Source: the human T2T-CHM13v2.0 reference genome, Homo sapiens. Taken from it: a stretch of DNA of 64,000 bases. The stretch lies in assembly GCF_009914755.1 (NCBI RefSeq), contig NC_060943.1, one strand, 5' to 3'. The position numbers and the translations under genes were made by a program. Below are positions 1-20,919 of this stretch, one piece after another (the stretch's first letter is position 1; each line of letters opens with the position of its first letter). A model generated the notes under the pieces. It was not told the origin of the DNA. It saw only the letters and a list, made by a program, of their open reading frames with translations, and did not search any database.

Positions 1-5
1 ACTCA

Positions 6-110
<105 letters not shown>

Positions 111-376
111 TCAAAAAATAATCATAATCATAATCATAAATATAAGGCAAAAGTAAGCATGCTTTCTTTAAAAAAAGTAGTCAGACTGAGTCTGTCATCT
201 GGTAAGAGCTCTAACGTTTATCGTTAATATGATTGTTATTGTCGCTGTTATATTTTCATTATTGGTGTTGTCATTATATGTACAAAACAGCATCAGCAGA
301 GAATCCACATCCTTTTCAAGAACAAATGAAGCATTTACAAAAATTGATGACTTATTAATCCACCCAGGAAGTCTCA

Positions 377-831
<455 letters not shown>

Positions 832-1195
832 TCAGTACAACTTATGAGTTCAGACTTAAAAAACACAGGAGACATAAAATATTTAGAAATGAGCAGAGAC
901 AGTGATTCATATCGAAACTTGCTGAATGCAATAAAAGTCCTACTTAGGGGAAAATGTACACTTTTTTTTTTTTTTTAGAAAACACGAAGTTTGGGAAATT
1001 ACTTACTGAGCATGCAACTTGTGGAGCTGGAAGGAGAAAGGAAGTCAAGGGGAGGTGCAGGAAGGGTCCAGAAAAGCAGCAAACACAAGGTTAACAGAAG
1101 AAATGCCCCAGTAAGTGCCCAAGGAACTCACCCAGGTGCATTGTCACGACGCTTTCAGAAACAAAAGAAAAAGAAAATAAACATATTCTAGGTGA

Positions 1196-1536
<341 letters not shown>

Positions 1537-1757
1537 GGTTTCTATTATTATAATCACATCAGACTTCTCATCAGTCACTCTGGAAGTTGACAAGGGAGAA
1601 ATGCGTTTGAAAATAGCCTATGGCCGGGTGCAGTGGCTCACGGCTGTAATCCCAGCACGTTGGGAGGCCGAGGCGGGCAGATCACAAGGTCAGTAGTTCC
1701 AGACCAGCCTGGCCAGCATGGTGAAACCCTGTCTCTATTAAAAATACAAAAAATTTA

Positions 1758-2201
<444 letters not shown>

Positions 2202-3544
2202 GAAAGAAAGGGAGGGAGGGAGGGAGGGAGGGAGGGAGGAAGGAAGGAAGGAATGAAGGAAGGAAGGAAGGAAGAAAATAGCCTATGTATTCCTATGGAG
2301 AGATCCCAGAGTGTATTCTTAGAGATTAAACGACATCAGGATGTCATCTGTATTGTGCCAAGAATTGGGGGAATCAGAATATACATTCATATTGACTCAT
2401 ATTCACCCAGAAACAAACACTGGAAGGATTAATATGAGAAAGTTAAAATTGTGGCTCTCCCACGTTTTCTTCCCCGTCCACCCACCTGAACAAGCTGCGG
2501 TCCTAGAAATCACCTCGACTGCTCCTCTTTCTCACCCTCTCCCCTTGTTCTACCTCCAGAATCTGTCCTCATGCAGACACTGCTTGCCAGCACCACGGCG
2601 CCAGGTTCACCCTCTCTCCCCTCGTCCAGGGAACATTCCCTAAGTGGTGTCTCTGTGTTCATTTGCTGCTTCTTAGCTGTTCTCCTCATTGTAGCCAGGG
2701 TGATGTTTTCAAAGGGTCAGTCAAATCATGTCTCGCTACCATTGAAATCTCCAGTGATTCATGATGTACTTCGCCCAAAACCCAAACTCTGTGACCTACG
2801 GGACACTCACTCACCTCTCCAGTTTCATGTTGGTCCCTGTGCCCCTCACTCCCTGCCCTCAGGCCACATGACATTCCTGCTGTTCCTTGAAGACACCAGG
2901 TCCCTCCCTGCCTTGGGACTCTGCGTCTCTGCCTGGGTGCACCGACCTCCTGCTTTGCACCACAGCCTCCAGGTCTCTGCTCAGCATCATCTTAGCAAGA
3001 AGGGCCTTCTCAGATCACTCTGTTGAAAGAAGTCCACTCCCCTGACACCCATCCCTTTGCTAAGAAGATTTGTCTTCATTCTCTCTTGACGTTCATCCTC
3101 CTTTCTAATTATCTACTCTTTGACTTGTACGCTGTCCCTCTCTCCCCATTAGAATGGAGACTTCACTTGGCCAGGGACCTTGTCTGTCTTGATCATCACT
3201 CTATCACCGGTACTTAGGGCCTGGCACATAATAGATGCTCAGCAAATACTTGTAGAACGAATAGTGAATCAGAAACAATATTGGCCATTGTTTACTGGAC
3301 ATTTAAAGGTTAAATAATGGCACCCCTATGCAATGAAATACTGGATTAGCATTAAAAATGATGCTGCTGGCCGGGCACGGCGGCTCATGCCTGTAATCCC
3401 AGCACTTTGGGAGGCCAAGGCGGGCGGATCACCTGAGGTCAGGAGTTTGAGACCAGCCTGACCAACAGGATGAAACCTCATCTCCACTAAAAATAAAAAA
3501 AATAGCTTGGCATGGTGGCGCACACCTGTAATCCCAGCTACTCA

Positions 3545-3682
<138 letters not shown>

Positions 3683-3852
3683 TTACTTTTATTGACATGA
3701 AAGATGTCAAGGGTATTGTTGAGTGAACAAAACAGGAAAAACACATGTATGTAGAAGTTACATACATTAAGTTATATATGTACATTTACACACATGTTTA
3801 TGGAAGGAGAGATTTCTGAGAAAGTGTTAACAGAAATGTTTGCTGTGATTAA

Positions 3853-4111
<259 letters not shown>

Positions 4112-4492
4112 TGACCGGGATGGTCTCAATCTCCTGACCTTGTGATCCACCAGCCTTGGCCTCCCAAAATGCTGGGATTACAGGCATGAGCCACCGCGCC
4201 TGGTCCCTGGACTTTTTTTTTTTAAAGAAAGGGTCCTGCTCTTGTCACCCAGGCTGAAGTGCAGGACGCGATCGTAGCTCACTGCACTCTCAACCTCGCA
4301 GGGCTCAGGTCAACCTCCCAACTCAGCCTCCCGAGTAGCTGGGACTTCAGAAGCGTGCCACGCACACCCGGCTAATTTTTGTATTTTGTATCTAACTCCT
4401 GGGCTCAAGCGATCCGCCTGCCTCTGTCTCCCAAAATGCTTGGATTACAGGTGTGAGCCACCATGCCTGGGTGAATTTTTTTTTTTTTTTGA

Positions 4493-4597
<105 letters not shown>

Positions 4598-5869
4598 TGA
4601 GTAGCTGGGATTAGAGGCATACGCCACCACGCCCAGCTAATTTTGTATTTTTAGTAGAGACAGGGTTTCCCCATGTTGGTCAGGCTGGTCTCAAACTCCC
4701 GACCTCAGGCGATCTGCCCACCTCAGCCTCCCAAAGTGCTGGGATTATAGGGGTGAGCCACCGTGCTGGCCGAATTTTTTTACATTAAGCATGTGTCAGT
4801 CGTAACTAGGAAAAACAAAATTATTTTTGTTTAAGAAGATAAAATAAAATGGCCACCTATGAGGAGCTGGGAGTACAGGCTTAGGTGGAAACAGATAAGG
4901 TGTCAAGACCTCCTTCTGTGACTGACCCCTTCAGATTTTCTCCCTAGAGTTTCAGTCATGCAAGATGAGGAGGTCTCAGAGCCTCCTGTGCGGTGTAGTG
5001 CCAGCAGGTAACAATACAGTATTGTGTGCTTACACATTTGCTGAGAAGATAGATCTTTTGTTAAGTGCTCTTATCATCACAAATTGATATGTGGCCATAA
5101 AAATAGTATCAAACAATAATAATATACAAATAGACGGGAGGAACCTGTGAGAGGTGGTGGATGGGTTTATGTCGTAAACTGTGGTGTTGACACACAGGGC
5201 ATACTCATCTCCAAACTCATCAAGTCGTATATGTTAAATACATACTGCTTTTTATATGTCAATTATTCCTCGATAGAGTAAGGTTTTTTTTTTTTTGTAA
5301 TTGCAAGTGTCTGCAGAGAGCTTCTATAGGTTTGGGGGTCCGGGAGACTCCCATAGGTGTGCCCCGTGAGCCTCAGCACCTAGGGTGTGTGTAGTGGCTA
5401 TTCTGCCTTTATCTGTATTAAATTTTTTAAAAATTATTTTCCCAGGCATTCCACGACGCTCAACTTTTCACCCAAGTTCAAGTTCCTGTTTTTTTCTTCA
5501 CAGAAGTCGATTGTGGGCGCCAGTTCCCACATTGCTCTCATCCTAAGTAGCAGCAACTTGCGGGCTGATGCCTGTGTCCAGCCCTAGAAGAGCCTCCGTA
5601 CCTAGAAGAAAACCTCCCCTCCTGGGAGTCACGGCGCAAGGCTGGGCTCCCATCCTCGCAGGGAGGGGCGGATGCACCTGCCCCTGCAGATCTGCGCCCA
5701 GATCTGTGTTATCCACACCCACATCTGCGTCTGCAGGAAGAGGCTCCGCAGCAGGCAACAGCTTCCATCTGCGAGCCTCATTTAATCCCCACGAGGATCC
5801 TGTAGAGGGTTCCTATGTTCACCTCTGTTTTATATATAGACGAGGACGCTGGCTCTGGGAGGAGTAAAG

Positions 5870-5940
5870 CCGTGCAGCAGTAACTCCCGTGCAGCAGTAA
5901 CTCCCGTGCAGCAGTAACTGCAGCCGTGCAGAGTAAACTC
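5870..5940. repeat. 17-bp tandem repeat CCGTGCAGCAGTAACTC (2 exact + 2 variant copies)
   Basis: Copies at 5870, 5887, 5904, 5924. Confidence 0.9.
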
Positions 5941-6685
5941 CCAGCACAGAACCCGGCCTCCCCGGTTCAGAAACAAAAGTGAGCTCCCTCCTCCCTGCTT
6001 GCGGGCGAAACTCTCGCTGCCTGTTGAACGTCTCCACCTGGATGCCACGGCTTCCCCAGACTCCCAGTGCCCCCGGGCAACGCCTTCCTCTCTCCCCACC
6101 TTTCCAAATTTTCTCTGCAGCAAGTTTCCCTCCTCCAAGTTTCTCCCCCTTCTCCAGCCTTCACGTTCAGTCCCGTGTCTCTGTGCCGTACAGGACTCAG
6201 CTGCCATAACAGCAGCTGGCGTCTCAGCGCCCCCGGAAGCTGAGACTTTCCAGGACAAGAACTGCTTTGGAGTCCTCTCGGGCCCCAGCACGACCTGCTA
6301 CACTGCAAACTACTGCAAAGAACCTTTCAAGACTGGAGAGATGGAGCACCCCAAGTCTGTTTTACAGATGGAAAGGTGGTGGCTCAAAGACGAGATACCA
6401 CAATAACAGTGGCTATGAAGCTCTCGCTTTGTCAAGATACAGTTCAAAGCACTGGGCATGCACTGACTCATCTCACGACCCCTAAAACACTCACGTTGGA
6501 TACTATTGCTACTCCTCTTACCAACGCAGAAACAGCGTCACAGCAAAGTTAAGCAGCTTGCCCAAAGATCCTCCGCTAGGAAGGGAAGAAGGTGGCCTTT
6601 GAACTTGAGCTCCCCATCCACAGTCTGCAGTCCTTCAGACTGGAGCACATTGTAGAAATTAACAATGTCATCCCAACAACCCTTA

Positions 6686-7558
<873 letters not shown>

Positions 7559-7699
7559 TGAATGTATGAAGTGTTTCTCTCTTTATTTAGATCTTTAATT
7601 TCCCTCAGCAATCTTTTGTAGTTCTTAGTGTACACATCTTGCATTTCTTTATTAAATTGGTTTCTATTCATTTTATTATTTTTGAGGCTTTGTAAATAA

Positions 7700-7987
<288 letters not shown>

Positions 7988-10011
7988 TAGTAGAGACGGG
8001 GTTTCACCATGTTGGCCAGGCTGGTCTCAAACCCCTGACCTCAGGTGATCCACTCCCCTCAGTCTCCCAAAATGCTGGGATTACAGGCATGAGCCACCAC
8101 ATCCGGCTCTTGCTAGAAATTTATTGTACTTTTCAGCTTCATAATTTCCATTTAGTTTTATGCTTTAATAATATCCCAAGGTAACATTATGGTCACTTTC
8201 TGTAACTAATATTTCTTACTCTGTTGATTTATCAGGGGCTGGATTACTCTCCTTCAAGTTTCCTGTGCTAGCCTAATGGTTTGGATGTTGTTGTTCAATG
8301 CAATTCTCCTTTATTTTTGTTCCATTTATTTTTAGCAGCTTTGTTTAGCTATAATTGTTCTACTAAAAAACCTTCTCACTTAATGTACACAATCAGATGA
8401 ATTTGGACACATGCAATAACCCCTTGGAAGACATTCACGTGCATGCGTTGTTGGTTTTTCCGCTTCTTACGGGAACTCCTTTCAGGCATTTCCATCTCCA
8501 CGCTACACATGGGGAAATAGAGGCTCACAGAGGAGAAAGGACGTGGTTCAGGTCACACCTGTCCCTGGTCCTCCAGGCTGAGGAGCAGAGAGACCACCCA
8601 CCTTAGTGCTGGAAGGGTTTAACACATAGCTTGGGCTCCCTCTTGTGGCCACAGTGGAGAAACTCCCTGCTTAGTTCATTTTTATTTTTTCCATCTGGCA
8701 TTCATTTTTTTCATTCAGTAAGTATTTGTTGGTCCTGTCCTGTGTGCCAGACACTGTTTGAGGCTCTAGAGGTCCACCAATATAGAAAACAAACACCCTT
8801 TCCATGGAAGAGCTTATATTCTTGCAGAAGGAGAGGGGCAGTAACCCACAGGCATTATACAGTCACAGTCAGCTAGAAGGTGAGAGTGATTTGGATAAAT
8901 GAGAAAGTGCAGCGGTGGTCCAGGGGGTCTGGAGGGTGCAAAGCTCAGCAGGGGGAATAGTGTGGCAGTTGCAGACAGAGGGGTAGGAAGAGGGAAGTGG
9001 CAGGAAGAGAATGCAGAGGGGTGAGGGTTGGGGCCACAGGTCCTGTGTAGAGCCCTGTTGGTCACCATGATCACCCTGAGTGAGCTGGGAAGTAACACAA
9101 ATGACTCCAAATAGAAGCGCCTTCATGGAGCCTTCTTCTTCCCAGACTTCAACTAGAAACCTGAGCTGCCTGTCACAGCAGGGGACGTGTCATCCCATTA
9201 GACTTCAAACGTCCTCAGCAATTCCCTGCCCCCTTCTTTCTAGGAGTCAGGATTCCTCAGCCTTGCTCTAGAACTGCATCTGGTGACCCCTAGAAACCTG
9301 TCCTGGAAGCCTTACAAGGCTCTTCACACTCACAGTTTGTGATATGACCCCAGAGTTGTGCAGTGCACAACCTACACAGCTGGACACGATGGGCCTGGCA
9401 CTCTTCCTCTGTGCTCCCACTGCACTCTGTGCTGACTATGTCATTCCACTGGGTGGTGCCATGTCAACTTCTCTCCTCTCCTCTCAATATCCTGTAAGGA
9501 TAAGATAGGATCAAAGTTCTACCCACGTCCCTGGTACTCAGAAGAGGAGCTGAAACATTGGCGACCACTCATTAGCACTCTACTTAACAAAACAAATTGC
9601 CCAGGTAGTTATGATTAGATTTCTATAAAAGGCTGAATAATTACAGAAAGGCTCTAGAAACTAGTGTATAATTATGTACAGGCGCTGGCAGTGTGTAGAG
9701 TCATGGAAATCAGCTAAGGAATCGCGGTGCAGTCTCAGGAACCAGCTGGATAATTGCACCAGGAGCTCCCAAAACCAGCTGGATAATTATAGTGGAGTCC
9801 CTGGAACTCAGCGGGTAATTACCATGTACTCATGGAATCAGCAGTAATAATAGAAGGGTCCCAAATGCAGACACTAGGGAAAGTCTGGAGACACTTTTGA
9901 TTGTCACAACCCAGAGGAGAGGGGGATGCTTCTGGGTGGTGGGGGGTGGAGGCGGGGGATGCACAGGACAGCTCCTCCCCCAAGGAATAACCTAGCCCCG
10001 AAAGTCAACAG

Positions 10012-11197
<1,186 letters not shown>

Positions 11198-11333
11198 GTA
11201 GTGCTTGGGTTGAGAAATTTTCTTTAAAAGACTATTTTTAGCCGGGCGCAGTGGCTCACGCCTGTAATCCCAGCACTTTGGGAGGCCGAGGCGGATGGAT
11301 CACGAGGTCAGGAGATCGAGACCATCCTGGCTA

Positions 11334-11654
<321 letters not shown>

Positions 11655-12356
11655 TCAGGTTCATAGTAAAATGAGGGGAAGGTAGAGATTTTCCATGTAC
11701 TCCCTACGCCGACACCTACATAGCTTCCCCCATTACCAGCGTTCCCTACCAGAGCGGTATTTTTATTACAACTGATGAGCCTGCATTGACACATTGTAAT
11801 CACCCAAAGTCATATTAGGGCTCGCTCAGTCTTCCTGTTGCACATCCTATGAGTTCAGGCAAATGTCTAATGGCAGGCACCCACCGTCACAGTGTTAGAC
11901 AGAGGAGAGCCATTGCCCTAAAATTCCTCTGTGCACCACCTATTCATCCTTCCTTCGCCCAACCCCTGGCAGCTCTGATCTTTTCCTGTCTCCATACTTT
12001 GCCTTTTCCAGAATGTCATATTGTTGGAATCAGACAATGCGTAGCCTTTTCAGATGGGATTCTACCACTTGGTAATATGCATTTAAGGTTCCTCTGTGTC
12101 TTTTCATGGCTTGAGAGCTCATTTCTATCTATCTATCTATTTATTTATTTATTTATTTATTTACTTATTTACTTATTTATTTATTTTTGAGATAGAGTCT
12201 CGCTCTGCTGCCCAGGCTGGAGTGCGGTGGCTGTGATCTCGGCTCACTGCAAGCTCCGTCTCCCAGGTTCAAGCGATTCTCCTGCCTCAGCCTCCCGAGC
12301 AGCTGGGATTATAGGCACCTGCCCCCACGCCCGGCTAATTTTTGTATTTTTAGTAG

Positions 12357-12744
<388 letters not shown>

Positions 12745-13648
12745 TGACCCTGTGATCTGTGGGCCTTGGCCTCCCAAAGTGCTGGGATTACAGATGTGAG
12801 CCACCGTGTCTGGCTAATTTTTGTGTTTTTAGTAGAGATGGGGTTTCGCCATGTTGGCTAGGCTGGTCTCGAACTCCTGACCTTGTGATCCGCCCGCTTC
12901 GGCCTCCCAAAGTGCTGGGATTACAGGCATGAGCCACTAGAGTCTCTTTGTGAAAAGGAATGGAAGGATGTGGTGTGATGCAGCACGCATCACCAGGTCC
13001 CTGTCATAAATTTGCTTTTGTGGCCGGGCGCGGTGGCTCACGCCTGTAATCCCAGCACTTTGGGAGGCTGAGGCAGGCGGATCCCCTGAGGTCAGGAGAT
13101 CGAGACCAGCCTAGCCAACATGGCGAAACCCCATCTCTACTAAAAATACAAAAAATTAGCCGGGCGTGGTGGCAGGCACCTGTAGTCCCAGCCACTCGGG
13201 AGGCTGAGGCAGGAGAATAGTTTGAACCCGGGAGGCGGAACTTGCAGTGAGCCGAGATTGCTGCACTCCAGCCTGAGCGACAGAGCGAGACTCTGTCTCA
13301 AAACAAAACAAAAAAAGCTTACCCTCCATGATGCAGCAATCCCACTACTGGGTATATGCTCAAAGAAACTGAAACCAGTGTGTGGAAGAGATGTCTGCAC
13401 CCCTATGTGTATTGCAGAGTTATTCACAATAGCCAACATATGGAATCACCTAAGTCTCCATCAGTGGACAATGGGTAAAGGAAATGTATATATACACAGT
13501 GGAAATACTATCCAGCCTTAGAAAGGAAGGAAACCCTGTCATTTACAGTATGGATGTAATTGTCAACCTTCAGGACATCATGCCACATGAAATAAGCCAG
13601 ATACAGAAAGACAAATATCGCACAACCTCACTTATACATGGAATATTA

Positions 13649-14121
<473 letters not shown>

Positions 14122-14570
14122 TCAAGAGATCTGTTGTGCAACATGGTGACAAATTAGTGAAAATGTATTATGTACTTAAACATTGTTAGCAGAATAGATC
14201 GTAAGGGCTCTCGCCACACACGCAAAAATGACAACTATGTGGCCACGAACGGTGGCTCACACCTATAATCCAAGCACTTTGGGAGGCTGAGGCAAGTGGA
14301 TCACTTGAGGTCAGCAGTTTGAGACCAGCCTGGGCAACATGGCCAAACCCCATCTCTACAAAAAATACAAAAATTAGCCAGACGTGGTGGCACACACCTG
14401 TAATCCCAGCTACTCGGGAGGCTGAGGCACAAGAATCACTTGACGTGGGAGGTGGAGTTTGCCGTGAGCTGAGATCGCACCACTGCACTCTAGGCTGAGT
14501 GACAGAATGAGACTCTGTCTCAGAAAAAAAAGTGAGGTGATGGATATGTTAAACATCTTGATTATGGTAA

Positions 14571-14850
<280 letters not shown>

Positions 14851-15341
14851 TGATCCACCCGCCTCGGCCTCCCAAAATGCTGGGATTACAGGCATGAGCC
14901 ACCGCGCCTGACCAAATATATACGCTTTTATTTGTCAATCATATCTCAATTAAGCCAGGAAAAAATTGGTAAGGCTACTTTTGGAAACACTTTGACACTA
15001 TTTCAAAAAATTGAAACTAACAATCCCTATAGCGCAATCATTCCATTCTTATATGTATACTCTTTAAAAATTCTTGCACATATGCACCAAGAAACATGTA
15101 AAAAATGTCTGTTACGTAATAGGGAAAGTAAAATAAATAGAAATAGAAAAGTAACTAAAATAAAAGAAGCCCATGTGTTCATCAACAGGTACAAAAATAC
15201 AAAAACTGTGATATAGACCTATATTGGAAAGCTTCAAACTATGGCATTGAAAATGATTTCACGAATCATTTCAAAAAAAAATTCATGGTTTCTGTTGTCA
15301 TTTTTACCAAGTTCATTCCAATATGTGGTTTAGAGACACTA

Positions 15342-15644
<303 letters not shown>

Positions 15645-15899
15645 TTAAAGTAGAATAAAATAAAATAATAAAATAAAACAAATAAGGGAACGACAAGCAC
15701 AGTTACTTCTGCAGAGGAGGAAAGTGGAGGATGAGAATGGAAGGAGATTCCAGGTAGATGAGGTGGTCGGGATGAGATTGTAGCTCTTAATTGGATGGTG
15801 GGCTAAGTGAGGCCGTTTCGTTAATGTTTCATGATTCAAGCTGTTTTATAAATTCTCTTTTATTTATGAAAAATACATAATACATGTTTGGTAAAGTGA

Positions 15900-16083
<184 letters not shown>

Positions 16084-16261
16084 TAGCTGGGACTACAGGC
16101 ACCCGCCACCACGCCTGGCTAATTTTTTGTATTTTTAGTAGAGATGGGGTTTCATTGTGGTGTCAATCTCCTAACCTCCTGATCCACCCGCCTCGGCCTC
16201 CCAAAGTGCTGAGATTACAGGCGTGAGCCACTGCACCCGGCCTCTCTTTATTTCTATATGT

Positions 16262-16700
16262 ATCAGTTAGCTATTGCTGTGTAACAAATCACCTCAAAGG
16301 GAGCAGCTTCAGACAACACACGTTTATTGTCTTGCGATTTCCGTGAATCAGGGATCTGAGCACAGCCCGGCTGGGTCTTCAGCTTCAGGGTCTCTCCCGG
16401 GCTGCAATCAAGGGGCCAGCAGCTTTGTGGCCATCTCAAGGTTCTGTTGATTTCATGGTGTTGCTGGCAGTTCAGTTCTTTGCTGACTCTTGGCCAGAAG
16501 CCACCCCTCAGTTCCTTGCCATGAAAGTTTTCTGCAACAGGATAGCTTTGTTTCATCAAAGTATGCAAACTAAGCAGGCAAAAAGAGTCTGCTAACAGAA
16601 TGCAAGTCACACAATCATCCTTAAAAGGACGGGATTACATGATGCTATAAATACCAGGAGGTGAGGATTATTGGGGACCATCTGGGAGGCTGCCTACCAC
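16262..16700 (-). mobile_element. MLT1-family MaLR LTR
   Basis: TCAGTTAGCTATTGCTGTGTAACAAATCACC...GGAGGCTGCCTACCACA resembles reverse-strand MLT1 consensus. Confidence 0.75.
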
Positions 16701-17744
16701 ACCGCACAAGGCAAACCTTATGAATATGTATGGATTATATAGGTTGCTTTCAGGCTTCCACCAAAAATAGGATTGCCTTACAGCTCTACCAGCCTAGGAC
16801 CCACCCCAGCAGGTGTGGCTTGCTTGTTTTAAGGGAGCAGAGACAGAGGGTTCCTTATATCCCACAGCCAAGCCCTTACAGGCACAGCAGGGCAGCTGCT
16901 TAAGGTGGAGAGGGAGTCTAACCGGTTTTCTTACCATGCTTAGGGCAGAAAACATAATCTCTATTTTGCCATGTAAGACTCACCACTGAGCAGTCCCTCT
17001 CTTTCCTCTGTATTACACTGACACTTCACATAAACCTCTAAACCTCATATAACCTCTAAGCAGAGATAGGCTTCATAAAGGAATTTAGCCAGAATGCCAC
17101 ATTATTTTTCCTTGTTGCAGAGAGTAGCATCTATCTTATGGGAAGAGTCATAGAAAGGCCCTGCAGAATTTGCTGTAAGAAAATAGTCAGGCCGGGCCAG
17201 GCGCCGTGGCTCACGCCTGTAATCCCAGCACTTTGGGAGGCCGAGGCAGGTGGATCACGAGGTCAGGAGATCGAGACCATCCTGGCCAACATGGTGAAAC
17301 CCCATCTCTACTAAAAACACAAAAAATTAGCCGGGTGTGTTGGCGGTTGCCTGTAGTCTCAGCTACTCAGGAGGCTGAGGCAGGAGAATGGCGTGAACTC
17401 GGGAGGTGGAGCTTGCAGTGAGCGGAGATCACACCACTGCGCTCCAGCCTGGGCCACAGAGCGAGACTCCATCTCAAAAAAACAACAAAAAAAAAAAAGA
17501 AAAGAAAATGGTCAGGCCGGGCGTGGTGGCTCATGCCTATAATCCCAGCACTTTAGGAGGCTGAGGCAGGTGGATCATGACGTCAGGAGTTCGAGACCAG
17601 CCTGGCCAACATGGTGAAACCCCGTCTCTACTAAAAATACAAAAAAAAATTAGCCAGGCGTGGGGTCAGGCGCCTGTAATCCCAGCTACTTGGGAGGCTC
17701 AGGCAGGAGAATAGCTAAAACCTGAGAGGTGGAGATTGCAGTGA

Positions 17745-18189
<445 letters not shown>

Positions 18190-18811
18190 TCAGGAGATCA
18201 AGACCATCCTGGCCAACATGATGCAAACCCATCTCTACTAAAAATACAAAAATTAACTGGGTGTGGTGGCGCATGCCTGTAATCCCAGCTACTTGGGAGG
18301 CTGAGGCAGGAGAATCACTTGAACCAGGGAGTCAGAGGTTGCAGTGACGGGAGATCTCACCACTGCACTCCAGCCTGGGCAACACAGCCAGACTCCATCT
18401 CTTTAAAAAAAAAAAAGGCCCACATTGGGCCGTGTGATGGGGGATCCCACTCTCCACCTCAAAGGATAGAATGGATTCCACCTTTCCCTCCACAGAGGAA
18501 GGCAGAACCAGACTTCCCACTAAGACTCAGACTGACAGGGACCTCTTTCCAAGTAGCAAAAAGGTTCATACACGGAAAGCGGAAAATGACAAATTATGAC
18601 TTGCCACGGTGCATAGCAGCCAAGGTGGTTCCCAAAATAAAACCTCTTCCCACACACTTTGTGCCAGGTGCCCCACGTCTTTTTTTTTTTTTTTTTTTTT
18701 TTTTTTGTAATTAAAGGAGATCGACAAATCTGGGGTGAGAAGGTTGGTAGAGGATGAGTTTTTCCTTCAACATCTTATTATAAAAATTTTTCAAGCATAG
18801 AGAAGAGTTGA

Positions 18812-19245
<434 letters not shown>

Positions 19246-20399
19246 TGATCTGCCCGCCTCAGCCTCCCAAAGTGCTGGGATTTTCAGGTGTGAGCCACCA
19301 CACCCGGCTGTTGCACACATCTTAAGTACACCATTAACTGTGTGGGTTTTTTTGTTTGTTTTATTTATTTATTATTTATTTATTTATTGAGCCAGAGTCT
19401 CGCTCTGTCACCAGGCTGGAGTGCAGTGGCACGATCTTGGCTCAAGCGATTCTCGGGTTCAAGCAATTCTCCTGCCTCAGTCTCCCAAGCAGTTGGGACT
19501 ACAGGTGCCTGTCACCACGCCTGGCTAATTTTTGTATTTTTAGTAGAGACAGGGTTCCACCATGTTGGCCAAAATTGTCTCGATCTCTTGACCTCATGAT
19601 CCTCCTGCCTCGGCCTCCCAAAGTACTGGGATTACAGGCGTGAGCCACCGTTCCCGGCCTAAGCGTGTTTTAAAATTATATACTGAAGCCCCTATGGAGA
19701 CATAGAATATGGCCATTGTCACAGCAAGCTCCCAAATGCACCTGCCCAGTCACATCTTGCCTTTACTCCCCTGGAGGCTACCACTCTTCTGATATTATTA
19801 TTTTTTCACTATAGACTAATTTCAACTGTTCTGGGACTTCACGCAAGCACAATCATAAACTCTCAGAAAACTGAACTCTCCTCTCTGGCTTCTTCCACTC
19901 AGCTCAAAGTTTCTGAGATTCACCCGTGCTGCTGTGTGTGTCCACAGTCCGTTCATTTTCACTGCGGGGCAGGATTGCATTGTACGGGGTTCCGTGGTTT
20001 ATTTATCCTTTCTTCCACTGATGAACACCTGGCTGTTTCCAGTCTTGGGGGCTCTTGTGAACAAAGCTACTGTTAACATTTCTATTTATTTATTTATTTT
20101 TGAGACAAAGTCTTGCTCTCTCACCCAGGCTGGAGTGCAGTGGCGCGATCTTGGCTCACTGCAACCTCCGCCTCATGGTGCAAGCGATTCTCTGCCTCAG
20201 CCTCCCGAGTAGCTGGGATTACAGACATTTGCCACTGCACCTGGCTAATTTTTTTTTTTTTTTTTTTTGTATTTTAGTAGAGACGGGGTTTCACCATGTT
20301 GGCCAGGCTGGTCTCCAACTCCTGACCTCAGGTGATCCACCCATCTCAGCCTCCCAAAGTGCTGGGATTACAGGCGTGAGCCACCGCGCCCGGCCAACA

Positions 20400-20845
20400 A
20401 GTCTTTCAATCACACCTTTCATGTGCAAACCAAACAGTCCAGAGCCCAGCCCCCAGCCACCTCCATTTCTGAGCTCTCACACTCAGGGCTGCTGTGCACC
20501 TGCCTTCATCACCCAGGGCCAGGAACCAGACCACTAGAGTAGGCCCAATGCCCCAGGCCCTGCTGAAATTATTCAAATTAGCTAATCACAAACCTGTTTA
20601 CCCTGCCCCACCCACTCATTCCTGCAAAAACCAAATCAAGCTCTTGCCCTCTCTCCGCCCTCACTCCCTCTGCCTCTGATCCCTCGTGCTCTCCCGTGTG
20701 ACCTGCATGCTCCCTCGGCCCTGGTGCTCTCTGGGTGTCCTGCCTGGCCTGGCATGTCCCTTCCTCTTGAGAACTGTGACAAACTGTCTTCTCAGTGGTC
20801 CATCTCATCTGCTGGGCCCCCCATACCTATGTATGAAAACATCTT
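20400..20845 (+). mobile_element. MER21-like LTR fragment
   Basis: CTGCTGAAATTATTCAAATTAGCTAATC...CTGTTTACCCTGCC...GCTCTTGCCC resembles MER21. Confidence 0.6.
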
Positions 20846-20919
20846 GAAGCCGGGCGCGGTGGCTTACGCCTGTAATCCCAGCACTTTGGGAGGCTGAGGC
20901 AGGTGGATCATGAGGTTAG

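Noticed and set aside
5434-5541. Minus-strand 35-aa ORF MRAMWELAPTIDFCEEKNRNLNLGEKLSVVECLGK
   Set aside because: Protein-like composition but short; no family recognised and no promoter or splice support.
9600-9865. CRISPR-like repeat/spacer appearance here and in the MSR1 arrays
   Set aside because: Human DNA; degenerate tandem units without unique spacers or cas genes.
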